From the NCBI GenBank assembly GCA_030390025.1, contig CM059432.1, positions 44,270,001 to 44,334,000 on the forward strand: a stretch of 64,000 nucleotides of DNA, read 5' to 3'. Each line of letters begins with the position of its first letter. Position 1 is the first letter of the stretch. Below the pieces are notes generated by a model, which worked only from the letters and a program-made list of their open reading frames with translations, did not search any database and was not told where the DNA came from. Made by a program: the position numbers and the translations under genes. Of the stretch, positions 37,806-51,029 are shown piece after piece. The stretch is from Squalus acanthias. Taxonomy: Eukaryota.

Positions 37806-40800
37806 ATTGGAGAGGATAATATTGCAGCAGCCCTTCTATGCAAATACAGACTTGTGTGCATAACTCTCCTTTGTATAATATATTTTACAAATAACTTTAT
37901 TCAGATATGGACTTGTTGGTAAGATCATAGGTTAGTAAACCTCAGTGGTCTCCTTTTTGGGAATCGGAATTCCAGTGTGTCTTTTTGTTCCACACATTAG
38001 CGGGGTCATTTAGAAAGTCACATTTCTTCCTAATAATGTCTTACGAGGCAAGATATTCATGGCTATGGGATCTGGTTGATCTTTATATACTATCCTAGGT
38101 CACACCATATTAAGGTAAGCCTGCTATCATAACTGGAAAGTGATTTGCCATTATGTTCTAGCTTGCCTTCATTTGACTACCTGGCTATTAACAGGGGCAA
38201 GTCACAAATACTATCCATTATGCTCTGTCCTAAAATAACATTATGGCATCAAGAAAAGCATCCACAAAGATCTCTAGGTGCAAAGGATTCACCCTATTTG
38301 TATTAAAAGGCTTTTATCATACCTCATGACATTTGATTTATCCTGGAATAATTGCATACTATCTACTGAACCAGATCTGGAAACCTTTGTTTGCATGTTA
38401 CAGCTTTTCATCAACTTATAAATAATCTATTCACTATTCATTTTTAGGTCAGTGAAAATGGACTAGAAAGTCCAACCTTTCCTCTGGTTTATGGTTCTGG
38501 CATTGGACTGTAATTTGCAGCTGTTTAAACTTGTCTAACAATTTTTGGATCTGCGTATTCATTTGAACCAAAACTTGATCAAGATAAAAGTTGAGTAGAT
38601 TTGCTATTTGCACCCCTTTTTTGGTAGAACAATGAGTAGCAGCTCAGTCCTAGAGTTTATACATGGCACAGGGAGGAGCAATCATATGACTCTGTGAGTT
38701 ACATCTTTTTAAATGGATTGCCATAGTGATTTCTCCTGGTGAATAATTTCTCTTGGTGGACAACTGTGTTAATTCTTTTTGATGTGGAGTACAACTTAAA
38801 TTTAATTCAGTTAGGAAGATGCTACCAGAGGTACGTAATCAATTTTTTCCAGTTGTTAATGTCAACCCTGAAGAACTGTTTTAGACATCATTTCCTAACA
38901 GCAGGTAGTTTTGGAGGTGGAGGTGGTTCTAATTTTGCCCTTCAATCAATAATTTAGGACATCCTCTTCAAGCATTGTGACAATTGAACCAATGAAAAAT
39001 TAGAAATAATGCCCAATTGTAATTAGATTGAAAGCATTCAGAGTTTTTTTTGAAGTGGAGGGGGAGGGGGGGGGGGGCGGGGAAGAGAGAGAGAGCAGAT
39101 TCTACAACTTGCACAATGCTGTATTTGTTTTAAACTTGGCCATGGAGGATTGGGAAAAGAGCAAAAAGTCATAAATTGTTGTTCTATTTCTAATAAGTAT
39201 TATTTTCTGAATATATGCATTTTAGTTCTCAAAAATGATTATACATTGCATGGCGACCATGGGGCCTATTTTAGGATGTGTTTTAGGTAAGCTTTATTGT
39301 CTGCCAACATAATGCAATGTTATCTGCCAGCATTTTCCCAGCCTCATGGTAAGTGAATATTATTAGCAGTCAGAATTAGTACAGACCTCATGCTCAGTAG
39401 GTAAGTATGACTGGATAACTTTTTTTAAACAAAAAATAATAATCTCCTATGTTTTGGACTGCATTCTAGATTCTAGACATTTACAAGAGGAAGTTTTTTT
39501 TTAAAACAACTATGGTTATATTCATGTTAAGGGTATCTTAACAGTATGCTATTTGCAGGATCACGAAATCTGGAGCAGTTAGCAATTAGTGCTGCCCAAT
39601 AATATTGAGGAAAAATGTCCACAGGAGTAGTAAGACTTTACCTTGCAAGTGTTGCACATCGGAAAATAGCCTGATAAGATCAGGGGAGATGAGGAGTAAG
39701 CAAACTACTGATCCAAAGATATATCCTTAGTGTGAATAAATCCTAAGATGTAGTCTTGATTTATTTTATTTGCTATAATATAAAGCCAAACAATCCTAGG
39801 ATCTAACTGCTCCAACACAAGTTTGTTTGAAAAAGAGTTGATGCCTAAAGAAAATGATGAAAAATGTGTAACGTCAAAACATTTTCAAATGAACTGAAGT
39901 TTCTTCTTTGTAGTTAAGCTATTCACCAAATTTGTTTTGAGATGATTTCCAATTTTAAAAATATTGGGGTATCCTTTATTTTTGATTATATTTTGAATTC
40001 CTCCTATTGATAATTTGTACTCATGGCAACTTTCTCAATAAAAGTATTGATGGGAGGAATTTCAGCCTGTTCTGCCAGAATGATGATGATCCATGTTTTT
40101 TTTCCCTTTTTTTTTGAGATTTTCACTTTGCTCTTTCTCCAAGTTGATGTGAAGAGATGCTAATGATGTTCATGTGATTATTTCATCAGCCAAAAACCAC
40201 ATATGATTTTGTGCATTGATTTGCAAATGATCCCTGCATATAATGATAAGCAATAACAGTCTTGTGGGTAGCAATGTTTTTGTATGGTTTGTGTTGTTTC
40301 ATTAAATGTCATATATCGATCATGGATGACTGATTCCTTGAAGTTTGGGCATGATTTAATTTTGTTAAATATACAGTTCATTGGGAATGTAGAGAATTAA
40401 TAACTTATTTTGTCATCCATGACTAAGAGATGTGTCAGTATAAAAGATTTATCTTTTAGCCTAGTTTTATGCCTTCAGACTCATGAACTTCAGTCTGCTA
40501 ACTGAGACTTGTATTGGACCCTTTACCATGTGAAGTACCTTAAATCATTCTGACACTTAATAATTAACATTTAATATATTTTGGAACTTCACTTTGTTGC
40601 ACAGTGTTTACCAGTTGTAATGTTTTATCTTCCAAAGTATCGACCTATCACTTTCATGCATGAAATGGCCTGCCAGGGAGTTAGTCAGCAATTCAAGAGA
40701 GTTGGAAAACCATCTGGAAAAAAAATTGATGAGGCGGTGTGACTGTTATCTTGGGATATGATATTTCCTAGACAATGGTACCAGCCAGATAGACCACAAT

Positions 40801-40924
40801 GGTCTTTTCCAATGCTGCGCATCCTTATGCTCCAATTTGCATTCAAATGTGTATGTTACCCTCATATTTTTGGTTTAAAAGTTTTCATTTTATGTATAAG
40901 AAAGCATACACAAAAGCCTAACTT

Positions 40925-41297
40925 TTTAAAAAATGTATTCATTCACGAGATGCGGGCGTCACTGGTAAGGCCAGCATTTATTGCCATCCCTAATTGCCCT
41001 TGACGAGGTGAAGGTGAGCCACCTTCTTGAACCGCTGCAGTCCGTGTGGTGAAGGTACTCCCACAATGCTGTTGGGTAGGGAGTACCAGGATTTTGACTC
41101 TGCGACGATGAAGGAACGGCAATATATTTCTAATGCAGGATGGTGTTTGACTTGGAGGGGAATTGGAGGTGGTGGTGTTCCCATGCGCCTGCTGCCCTTG
41201 TCCTTCTAGGTGGCAGAGGTCGTGGGTTTGGAAGGTGCTGTCAAAGAAGCCTTGGTGAGTTCCTGCAGTGTATCTTGTAGATGGTACACACAGCAGC
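40925..41297 (-). mobile_element. 3' end of the LINE family seen at 23283 and 62980
   Basis: Reverse complement of the 23283-23608 sequence. Confidence 0.85.
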
Positions 41298-41299
41298 CT

Positions 41300-41824
41300 C
41301 AAATGGGCACCAGACTGCCTGGTACTCCCGCCTTTGCTGGCTGTCATACTCTGTCATTTGCTTGTGGCTGCCACTGGGAGGGCATGCCCTAAAACTGACA
41401 GCCAGCGAAGGTGGGAGTACCAGGCAGTCTGGCACCCATTTGTGGACCCCACATAAGACCCAGAGAAATGTCCGCAAACGTAAGCGGGGAGCCGTGGACA
41501 AACAAATGCCTCTTAATGTGCCACAATACACAATGCTCCAACCCTACAAGTGCCATCAACGGACTCGATAGCAAAACCCAGGAGCCGTCACCAAATGATT
41601 CGACACAGCACATTGCCCAAAACACTGCACTGAGCCTTCAGACTCGACCTTTGGTGTCCTGCTGAGGTTAGCGCCAGAATGAGCACGTTGTACCACAGCT
41701 TCTCCGCTCTGCTCATGTAAATTAGCAGGCAGCACCAAAATACTGCGCTCTTTCTGTGGGCGGCCGTTGGCCTTGGCTGGCGCTGTTACCAGCAGGTTTC
41801 TGGTCTACTCGAATTTCTAGGCCC
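41300..41824. mobile_element. Harbinger-type element end with internal hairpin
   Basis: Ends in TIR-like gaatttctaggccc; 47-bp inverted repeat at 41300-41346 / 41396-41442. Confidence 0.6.
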
Positions 41825-42080
41825 ATGACTTCTGCCTTCCCATCCATCCTTGAGAATGTGAGCCACTATTTAAAGCAGTTTGTCAGGGCCCGTTTAGCAA
41901 GGCAGGTTTACTTGGTTAAAGGGACACTGGTCAACAGATTTTTTCAGCCACATCTTGAAACTCACTGTAGGTATTGGAAAAAAAATCACATATTCTGAAA
42001 CCTTCTCCTACATAATGCATTACCCTTGGAAAGCATTCTATTTCAAGATGATTATTGAGCTACGATCTGAAGGCTTCCCA

Positions 42081-43030
42081 ATGGGTATCCCACTTTATGT
42101 GATCTATATGCTGGCAGAAAAGAAGTCAAAAATTGTAAGGCAAGCCAGATTAATCAGGCAGCACCAGAGGAAAGCCAGACCATCCCGGCAATACCCATCC
42201 AGCAAAATGTATAGACACAGTTGCACTTTCTGAGACCTTTCCTAGGAACTCTGTTTCAGGAGGCTGTGCTTCAGTCATGGCGATTTGGAGCTCTGTTCAT
42301 TGGCGCAACCAGATCTGCAACAAAGGTCCACAGCACAGACAGCTCTAACTGTGGAAGTGAAAGTAACCATATTTCTCAACTTTTGTGCCAGAAGCTCATT
42401 CCATGAGCCACAGGGGACATTGACAGATCAGTCAATTATTTGTGCACTCCTCTAAGATAAGTTACCAATGCCTTCTTTGCCAAGGCAGCTCAATTTATAC
42501 AATTTGACAAAGCTCCCACACAAACGATTGAGACGGCCATCAGATTTTTCAGAATTGCTGGATTCCCCAGCATTGTCAGGGCTATTGATTGCACCCATAT
42601 GGCATTATGTGCCCCAAATGTAACCCCTCCATATTTATATGAACTGCAAAGGCTTCCATTCCCTAAATGTGCAGCTCATTTGTAATGATACTCAGCTTCT
42701 TACACATGAATTCAGATTATGCTGGGAGCTGTCATGATGCTTTTATACTTCATTAGTCCATTGTCTTAGCTGTATTTCAACAGCAGGGGAAAGTGGCTGC
42801 TGGTTGATAAGGGATATCTTCTACTCCTGATGTCTCCTAATAGGACTGCCATTGCTATAGAGGAGTGCCAAAATGATGCACACATGAAGACAAGGCTGAG
42901 AATTGAGCAAGCAATCAAAATGCTCAAATGAAGGTATCTGGAATAGCCCAGGGTGCCTTGCAGTATACGCCCAGCATCTTGCAAATCAAGGTAGCATGTT
43001 GTGTACTTCATAACCTTGCAGTCAGGAGAG
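42081..43030 (+). pseudogene. Ancient Harbinger transposase relic
   Basis: Manual translation across stops and frameshifts: [86 protein letters not shown]. Collinear with 5721-6967. Confidence 0.88.
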
Positions 43031-43971
43031 GACAGATAGTGGATGTCCCAGAGGATGCCAAAGAGCCTGATGAAGCCCTCTTGGATGTTGGCATGCCACA
43101 GAGCAGTGGACTTCACCACTATCCCAGCTATTTGCTGCACATCTTGGGAGAAGTAATGCAGAAACTCCATATGTGTCTATGCTCTGCTGGCATCCTTTTC
43201 TTGACAGCAGGACCCCTGAGATTATCATTGGTTTACTGAAGAATTGGCCTATGAACGGGAGGAAGCCAGTGAAGTGGCAAATAAGGGGCCTAACACCTGG
43301 TTTAGACCCCCTCTGGGAAATTGGATATCACCAAATGGATTGTGCCAGGCCTGCCCTGCTTGGCTCTAGATTCTTCAGAGGCTACTGTAGCCTAAGCAGC
43401 CGGCAACAAAACATAAATGCAAAAGAAAACATTTTTATAAAATGGTACTGTGGAGCAAGGAGGCGCAGGGGTGCTGAATTAACACTCACACTTGAAGCTT
43501 TCCTGTTATGGTGTTGTGTCAGCAATATAATTTTATCTTCAAATGTTGCCAGATTAAAAGGACTTTCCTGAATTTGCTGAGCGTTCATGTTAATGCTATG
43601 CTAGTTGCATATCCTTTGAGAGGCACCCAATTTATGAAAATTGTCTGGAACGTGTACCTTTCATTCCTTAGTTTCTCCCAACAATTATATTTAATTTTTA
43701 ACATTGATTTCAGAACTTTTTGCATGATTTTTTTCTACCGCTTATCACCTCATAAGCAGTTACTAAGCTTTACAGATTGGCAGTTAACCCATATTACCTT
43801 GTTTGTCACACAGTTAAAGGCTTCATCCATCCTTTTTGCCAAAAAATGTATCTGTATTTCACTAGTTGCAGAAATCACAGTGCTGAAGTTTTATCTACCA
43901 TCTCACATTGAATCAACTGAAGACGGTTGGATCGAGGTTTCTTCCCTGCGAAACTCCTGCAGCACCGTCTT

Positions 43972-45695
43972 CCTTCTCTTAATGATGTGGAGATGCCGGT
44001 GTTGGACTGGGGTGGACAAATGTGAGAAGTCGCACAACACCAGGTTATAGTCCAACAGCTTTATTTCAAATAAACCTGTTGGACTATAACCTGGTGTTGT
44101 GCGACTTCTCACATTTTTCCTTCTCTTAGGCAGTCCCTCGGAACTGAGGATGACTTGCTTCCACATTAAAAATTAGTTCTCAGGTGACTGATGAGTCCAA
44201 TGCGGGACCTACAGTCTCTGTCACAGGTGGGGCAGACGGTAGCTGAAGGGACGGGTGGGTCGGGTGCTTGGGTTGACTTGCGCTTGGCTTCCGCTTGCTC
44301 CCGGCGAAGAGACTCGAGGTGTTCGGCACCTTCCCGGATGGTCCTCCTCCACTTTGCGGTCTTGGGCCAGGGATTCCCAGGTGTCAGTGGGGATGTTGCA
44401 CTTTTTCAAGGAGGCTTTGAGGGTGCTCTCGAAGCATTTCCTCTGCCCACCTGGGGCTCTCTTGCTGTGTCGGAGCTCTGAGTAGAGCGCTTGTTTTGGG
44501 AGTCTCGTATCCGGCATGCGGACGATGTGACCCATCCATCGGAGCTGATCGAGCGTGGTCAAAGCTTCGATGCTGGGGATGTTGGCCTGAGCGAGAACAC
44601 TGATGTTGGTGCGCCTATCCTGCCGATGGATTTTCAGGATCTTGCGGAGGCAGCGTTGGTGGTACCTCTCCAGTGCTTTGAGGTGCCTGCTGTACATGGT
44701 CCATGTCTCTGAGGCATACAGCAGGGCGGGTATCACTGCTGAGCTGTAGACCATGAGCTTGGTGCCGGGATGTGACAATCTTCAAAAAAGGTGACAAGTC
44801 CGATTGCGGTAATTACAGAGGAGTTTCCCTGCTGTCTGCCAAAGGGAAAGTCATCGCAAGAATCCTCCTCAATCGCCTTCTCCCAGTGGCCGAAGAGCTC
44901 CTCCCAGAGTCGCAATGCGGATTCTGCCCACTAAGGGGCACAATGGACATGATCTTCCCCGCACGTCAATTACAAGAGAAATGCAGGGAACAGCACCAAC
45001 CACTGTACTTGGCCTTCTTTGATCTCACAAAGGCCTTCGACACTGTCAACCGTGAGGGATTATGGAGTGTCCTCCTCAAATTCGGCTGCCCTCAAAAGTT
45101 TGTCACCATCCTCTGCCTGCTTCACGACGACATGCAAGCCGTGATCCTGACCAATGGTTCCACCACAGACCCAATTCACGTACGGACCAGGGTCAAGCAA
45201 GGTTGTGTTATCGCACCAACGCTCTTCTCGATCTTCCTGGCTGCAATGCTCCATCTCACCCTCAGTAAGCTCCCTGCTGGAGTGAAGCTAACTTACAGAA
45301 CAAACGGGAAACTGTTCAACCTCCGTTGCCTCCAGTCCAGATCCTAGGTCGTCCCATCCTCTGTCGTCAAATTACAGTATGCAGACGACGCTTGCGTCTG
45401 CGCTCACTTGGAGGTCGAACTCCAAACCATCGTCAACACCTTCACCGAAGCATATGAGAGCATAAGCCTTACACTAAACATCCGTAAGACAAAGGTCCTC
45501 TACCAACCTGCCCCCGCCACACAGTACTGCCCCCCGATTATCAAAATCCACGACAAGGCCTTGGACAACGTGGACCACTTTCCCTACCTCGGGAGCCTTC
45601 TGTCAACAAGGACATACGTTGATGACGAAGTCCAACACCGCCTTCAATGTGCCAGTGCAGCCTTCGGTCGCATGAGGAAGAGAGTGTTTGAAGAC
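43972..45695 (-). mobile_element. RTE-clade LINE with 5' inversion
   Basis: C-terminal ORF 44221-44778 (-; LLYASETW, QLRWMGHIVRMPDTRLPK) and RT ORFs 44772-45347 and 45408 onward (+; FFDLTKAFD, VKQGCVIAPTLF, YADD). TSD CAGCAC(C/T)GTCTT at 43960-43971 and 45696-45707. Confidence 0.92.
43982..44116. mobile_element. Penelope-like terminal-repeat fragment forming a 99-bp palindrome
   Basis: TSD TTCCTTCTCTTA (43970-43981, 44117-44128); arms 44018-44066 and 44068-44116 with one mismatch. Family assignment is from recall of shark Penelope termini. Confidence 0.7.
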
Positions 45696-45829
45696 CAGCA
45701 CTGTCTTGGAGCTATGATAACTGGCCTCCAACAACACCACCTTTGTGTCAGATACAACTCCAATTACTGGAGCTTTAATCTCTATTAACCTCAGTTTTGT
45801 TCGGGCTCCATAATGCATTATTCTGTTAA

Positions 45830-47100
45830 ATGCTGCTTAAATGTCGAACACAACTTCTCACCTCTCCTCTGGCATTCAGCTCTTGGGTCCATGGCTGGAT
45901 CAAGGCAGTGACGAGATGTGGAGCTGAGTGGTTCTGGAGAAAGTCAAACTGAGCGTCAAAGAGTAGGTGCTGCTTGATGGCTCTATTGGTCACTCTTTTT
46001 ATCACTTTAGTGATGATTAGGAGAAAGATATTGGGCAGTAATTTTCTGGGTTAGATTTATTCTTTTTATGGATAGGACTAACCTTCTACATTATTGGGTA
46101 GATACCAGTCTCCTAGCTGTACTGGAAAAGCTTACCTAGGGGAGTGTGCAGGTCTTTAGCCGGAATGTTGTCAGGATCCATATTCTTTGTTGTGTCCAGC
46201 TGCTTCTTAATGTCATGTAGAGGGAGCTGAATTGGCTGGATACTCGCATCTATGTTAGAGAGGATCTCGGGAGGAAACCAAGTAGAATTAATCACTTGGC
46301 ACGGAATACGCTTAAACACTTCAGACATGTCTCTTGCACTCGCATGCTGTATGTCACCAGTTTTGAGATGGGGGATGTTTATGCAGTCTTTTAGTTACAT
46401 GGTTGTTTACCTCCATTCTTGACTGAATGTAGTAGGGCCAGAGAGGTTTACTCTCATTTTTTGCTTGTGGAATCACATAGCTCTATCTATAGCCTGCTGA
46501 CTCTTTAGCATGCAGATTGCCATATTTAGTAGCTTTACTAAATTGGTACCTCATTCTAAAGTATGCCCAGTGCTGCTCCCACCACGCCCTTCTACACTCC
46601 CCATTGAAGCAGAGTTAGTGTCCTGGCTTGATGGCGTCATGTTCAGTTTGGGCTACTAGATCTGTCCTTAATCTATCTCACTTGTAAGTGAAAACTTTGT
46701 CATCACAAGAACTGCGCAATGGTCACTTCTAACAATGTTGTCATGGATAGATGTGTCTGTGACAGGTGGGTTAATGAGGACAAGGTTAAGTAGACCACTT
46801 TACTCATGTTTGTTCTCTCACCACCTGCCACGGGACCAATTTAGCAGCTATCTCCTTCAGGATTTGGTCAGTGGTGGCACTACTGAGCCACTCAGTAGTG
46901 GACATTGAAGCCCCTCACTCAGGGTACATTACTTGGAAGAATCTCTGAGGGTAGTAATGTTCAACATGGAAGAGTACTGAGTCATCAGATGAGTTGTTGC
47001 TGGGTGGGGGTTGGTAGTAATCAACAAGAGGTTTCCTTGACCTTGTTTGACCTGAAGCCATGAGACTTCATGCATTTCAGAATCAATTTTGAACACTCTT
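45830..47100 (-). mobile_element. Highly degenerate LINE (EN/RT region)
   Basis: ORFs 46113-46328 (LDTTKNMDPDNIPA..LGKLFQYS) and 46929-47111 (HEVSWLQVKQGQGNLLLITT). Confidence 0.7.
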
Positions 47101-47999
47101 TGCAGGGTCAACTGGGCTGATTATGCCTAAGTATTGTCCTGATATGATGTCTTGGTTGTTGGTGATGGGTTCATCTGATTTCTGTCCTTTATTTTTGAAC
47201 TAAGGGCCTTACTAGTTAGATGTAGATCAGACTATGTAAGAGTGGCAGTATCCCTTCCCTGAAGAGCATAGTGAACCAGTTGGATTTTTAATGACAATCC
47301 AGCAAATTTCATGGCTATTGTTCTGCTACTAGCCCATAAATTATCAGATTTATTAATTTCATAACTTTAGAACTTGCCATGGTGGGATTTGAACTCTTGA
47401 CCTTTAGGTTGCTGGTCCAGTACTGTAAAAATTAGGCTGCTACAACTTATAATCCAGCAAACCCACCCCATCCAGAAATGGTTCACCATGTACATCATCA
47501 ACTTCCCCTGCTCCTCTTCCCCCACCACCACTGCCCCCCCCCCCCACCCCCAAGTCATGCAATCTAACTGGAAGAGGCAAAAAGTGAAAAAGAAAATGTC
47601 AATTTAGCAAAAACTTCCACTCCAACCCCTCGACGGAAAGTTCCAGGAGATCTCAGTAACTCATGAATCTCACTATTTCCAGCTACCCCATGACTAGCAT
47701 ACCATCTGCAACTTGAACTGTCCTCCACACTCAAACTTGTCCAACTCCCTTTTGAAGGACTGCAGGGAATTCATATCCACCCCATCAGTTGTAAATTTGT
47801 TCCAGAGGCCATTGATTGATTCTCTGTGAAATGAATTATTTCCTAACATCTAATCTACGTTTGTGCCTAAATACTTTATATGCATGCACATTAGTTCTCC
47901 TATTTATATCCATTTCAAATAATCCATGCAACAGGACAGAATCAAGACACCTCATCGTTTTAAAATCCTCAAACATAACTTGTCTAAACCTTGTAGTTT

Positions 48000-48302
48000 T
48001 GGTAGTGGACTAGCTACCATGAGTCCAAATCCTACTATGACAAGTTGAGAAATTGAATTCAATAAATCTGCTAATTTGTGGGCTAGCATCAGATAATGAT
48101 CATTAAAGCTGACGGATTGTTGTTTAGAAACTCAACTGGTTTATTAATGTCCTTCAGGGAAGGGAATAATTTACCGACCTGGTCTGGCCTATATGTGACT
48201 CTTTCCACACCATGTGGTTGAGGTTTAATACTCTGGTAACTAGGGATGGGTAATAGATACTATCTTGCCAGTGTTGCCCACATCCCAGGAACAAATAAAA
48301 AA
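48000..48302 (+). mobile_element. tRNA-type SINE sharing the tail of the 23283 LINE family
   Basis: B-box-like gagtccaaatcc and tail ggtaactagggatgggtaata...cccacatccc; a related minus-strand copy lies at about 47230-47440. Confidence 0.6.
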
Positions 48303-48429
48303 TATTGTATTGTCATAGCAATGCAACCTAAACCCTAATTGTCTTCAATAGCCTTCTCCTACTGCCTATGAATCTTATCCGCTATAACCCCCAGGTCCCT
48401 TTCCTGCTCTGTAACTTTAGCAGGTGCCT

Positions 48430-50598
48430 AGAATCATAGAAATTTATAGCACAGAAGGAGGCCATTCGGCCCATCTTGTCCGTGCCGGCTGACAAAGAGC
48501 TATCCACCCTAATCCCACTTTCCAGCACTTGGTCCGTAGCCTTGTAGGTTATGGCACTTCAAGTGCATATCCAAGTACTTTTTAAATGTGATGAGGGTTT
48601 CTGCCTCTACCACCCTTTCAGGCAGTGAGTTCCAGACCTCAACCACCCTTTGGGTGAAAAGATTTCTCCTCAAGTTCCCTCTAAACCTCTTACAAATTAC
48701 TTTAAATCTATGCCCCTGGTTGTTGACCCTTCTGCTAAGGGAAATAGGTCCTTCCTATCCACTCTGTCTAGGCCCCTCATAATTTTATACACCTCAATTA
48801 GGTCTCCCTTCAGCCTCCTCCGTTCCAAAGAAAACAACCCCAGCCTATCCAATCTTTCCTCATAGCTAAAATTCCCCAGCCCAGGCAACATCCTCGTAAA
48901 TCTCCTCTGTACCCTCTCTCGTGCAATCGCATCCTTCCTGTAATGTGGTGACCAGAACTGCACGCAGTATTCCAGCTGCGGCCTAACTAGTGTTTTATAC
49001 AGTTCAAGTATAGCCTCCCTGCTCTTATATTCTATGCCTCGGCTAATAAAGGCAAGTATCCCGTATGCCTTCTTAATCACCTTATCTACCTGTCCTGCTA
49101 CCTTCAGGGATCTGTGGACATGCACTCCAAGGTCACTCTGATCCTCTGCACTTCTCAGTGTCCTACCATTTATTGTGTATTCCCTTGCCTTGTTAGCCCT
49201 CCCCAAATGCATTGCCTCACACTTCTCCAGATTGAATTCCATTTGCCACTGTTCTGGCCTCCATTGATATCTTCCTGCAGTCTACAGCTTCTTTGTTATC
49301 AACCACACGGCCAATTTTTGTATCATCTGCAAACTTCTTAATCATACTTCCTACATTCGAGTCCAAATCAGTGATATATACCAAAAAAAGCAAAGGACCC
49401 AGTACTGAACCCTGCGGAACCCCACTGGAAACAGCCTTCCAGTCACAAAAACACCCTTCAACCATTACCCTTTGTTTCCTGCCTCTGAGCCAATTTTGGA
49501 TCCAACTTGCCACTTTCCCTTGGATCCCATGGGCTTTTACTTTCATGACAAGTCTGCCATGCGGAACCATATCAAAAGTCTTGCTAAAATCCATATAGAC
49601 TACATCAAATGCACTACCCTCATCGACCCTCCTTGTTACCACCTCAAAATATTTAGTCAAGTTAGTCAGGCACGACCTTCCCTTAACAAATCCATGTTGA
49701 CTGTCCCTGATTAATCCATGTCTTTCTAAATGAAGATTTATCCTGTCCCTCAGAATTTTTTCCATTAATTTTCCCACCACTGAGGTTTGGCTGAATGGCC
49801 TGTAATTACTCGGTCTATCCCTTTCTCCCTTTTTAAACAACGGTACCACGTTAGCAGTCCTCCGGCACCACACCTGTAGCCAGAGAGGATTGGAAAATGA
49901 TGGTCAGGGCCTCTGCTATTTCCTCTCTTACCAGTCTGGGATACATTTCATCCGGGCCTGTGGATTTATCCACTTTCAAAGATGTTAATCCCCTTAATAC
50001 TTCCTCTTGCACTATGTTTATTTCATCTAATATTTCACACTCCTCCTCCCTGATAGCAATGTCTGCATCATCCCTCTCTTTTATGAAAACAGACGCAAAG
50101 TATTCATTAAGAACCATACCCATGTCTTCTGCCTCCACACACAGGTTACCTTTATCGTTCCTTATAGGCCCTACTCTTACTTTAGTTATCCTCTTGCTCT
50201 TAATGTATTTATAAAACATCTTTGGGTTTTACTTGCCAATATTTTTTCATGCCCTTTCTTTGCTAATTTCCTTTTTAATTTCACCCCTGCACTTTCTATA
50301 CTCTGCAATATTGAGCCTCCCTTTTTTTCTTTATCCTACCCTGTATGCCCCTTGACATCCAGGGAGCTCTAGATTTGTTAGTCCCACCCTTTTTCTTTAA
50401 GGTAACATACTTGCTCTGAACCATCAGGATCTCCTCCTTGAATGCCTCCCACTGCTCTGACACTGATTTACCTTCAAGTTTCCGTCTCCAGTCCACTTTG
50501 GCTAAATCACGTCTCAGTTTAGTAAAATTAGCTTTTCCCCAATTGAGAACTTTTATTCCTGGTCTATCCTTGTCCTTTTCCATAACTACCCTAAATCA
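48430..50598 (-). mobile_element. 5'-truncated CR1, same subfamily as 218-1800
   Basis: ORFs 48697-49242, 49217-49873, 49851-50219 and 50296-50583; tail tagaatcatagaaa. Confidence 0.95.
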
Positions 50599-50609
50599 AG
50601 CGTGACATT

Positions 50610-51025
50610 TAAGTCCTGGAGGTGATGCAGAGAAAAGCCAGGAGGTTCATCCCTAGTGTTAAAGAATTGAATTATGAAGAAAAACTTGGACTATTCAACC
50701 TTAAGAGGGGACCTCACAGAGGTATTTGAAATTGTAAATGGGACAGAAAAGACAAATCAATTACTTCAAATTAAACCTTAACTGTAGGACAAAATGTCAC
50801 AGATTCAACGTTTTGAAAGGGAAATTTAGGAACGATGTCAGGAAATTCTTCTTCACACAAAGAGTGAACAACATATGGAAGGGACCTGGATAAAGTGATG
50901 GAGGTAGAAATCCTGCAATTGTTTTAGAAAATAGCTGGATGCTGTGGTGAGGAAACTAAGTTGTTTATGGATGGATGAGGTTAGGAAGGATTGAATAGTC
51001 TCATCTGCATCTATATTGTGATTTT
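50610..51025 (+). mobile_element. Old CR1 3' fragment
   Basis: gaaatttaggaacgatgtcaggaaattcttcttcacacaaagagtg motif; similar relics at about 53270-53560 (-) and 55140-55385 (+). Confidence 0.65.
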
Positions 51026-51029
51026 GTTA

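Noticed and set aside
39057..39095. G-run/G-quadruplex followed by (GA)n
   Set aside because: Simple low-complexity tract with no supporting context; similar C-run at about 47520-47550.
33426..41824. One 8.4-kb composite transposon bounded by ggcccagaaattcg and gaatttctaggccc
   Set aside because: Flanking trinucleotides do not match as a TSD and the interior is ordinary AT-rich DNA; more likely two independent truncated elements.
43508..44050. 180-aa plus-strand ORF
   Set aside because: Low-complexity hydrophobic translation of AT-rich DNA that runs into a repeat; no family resemblance.
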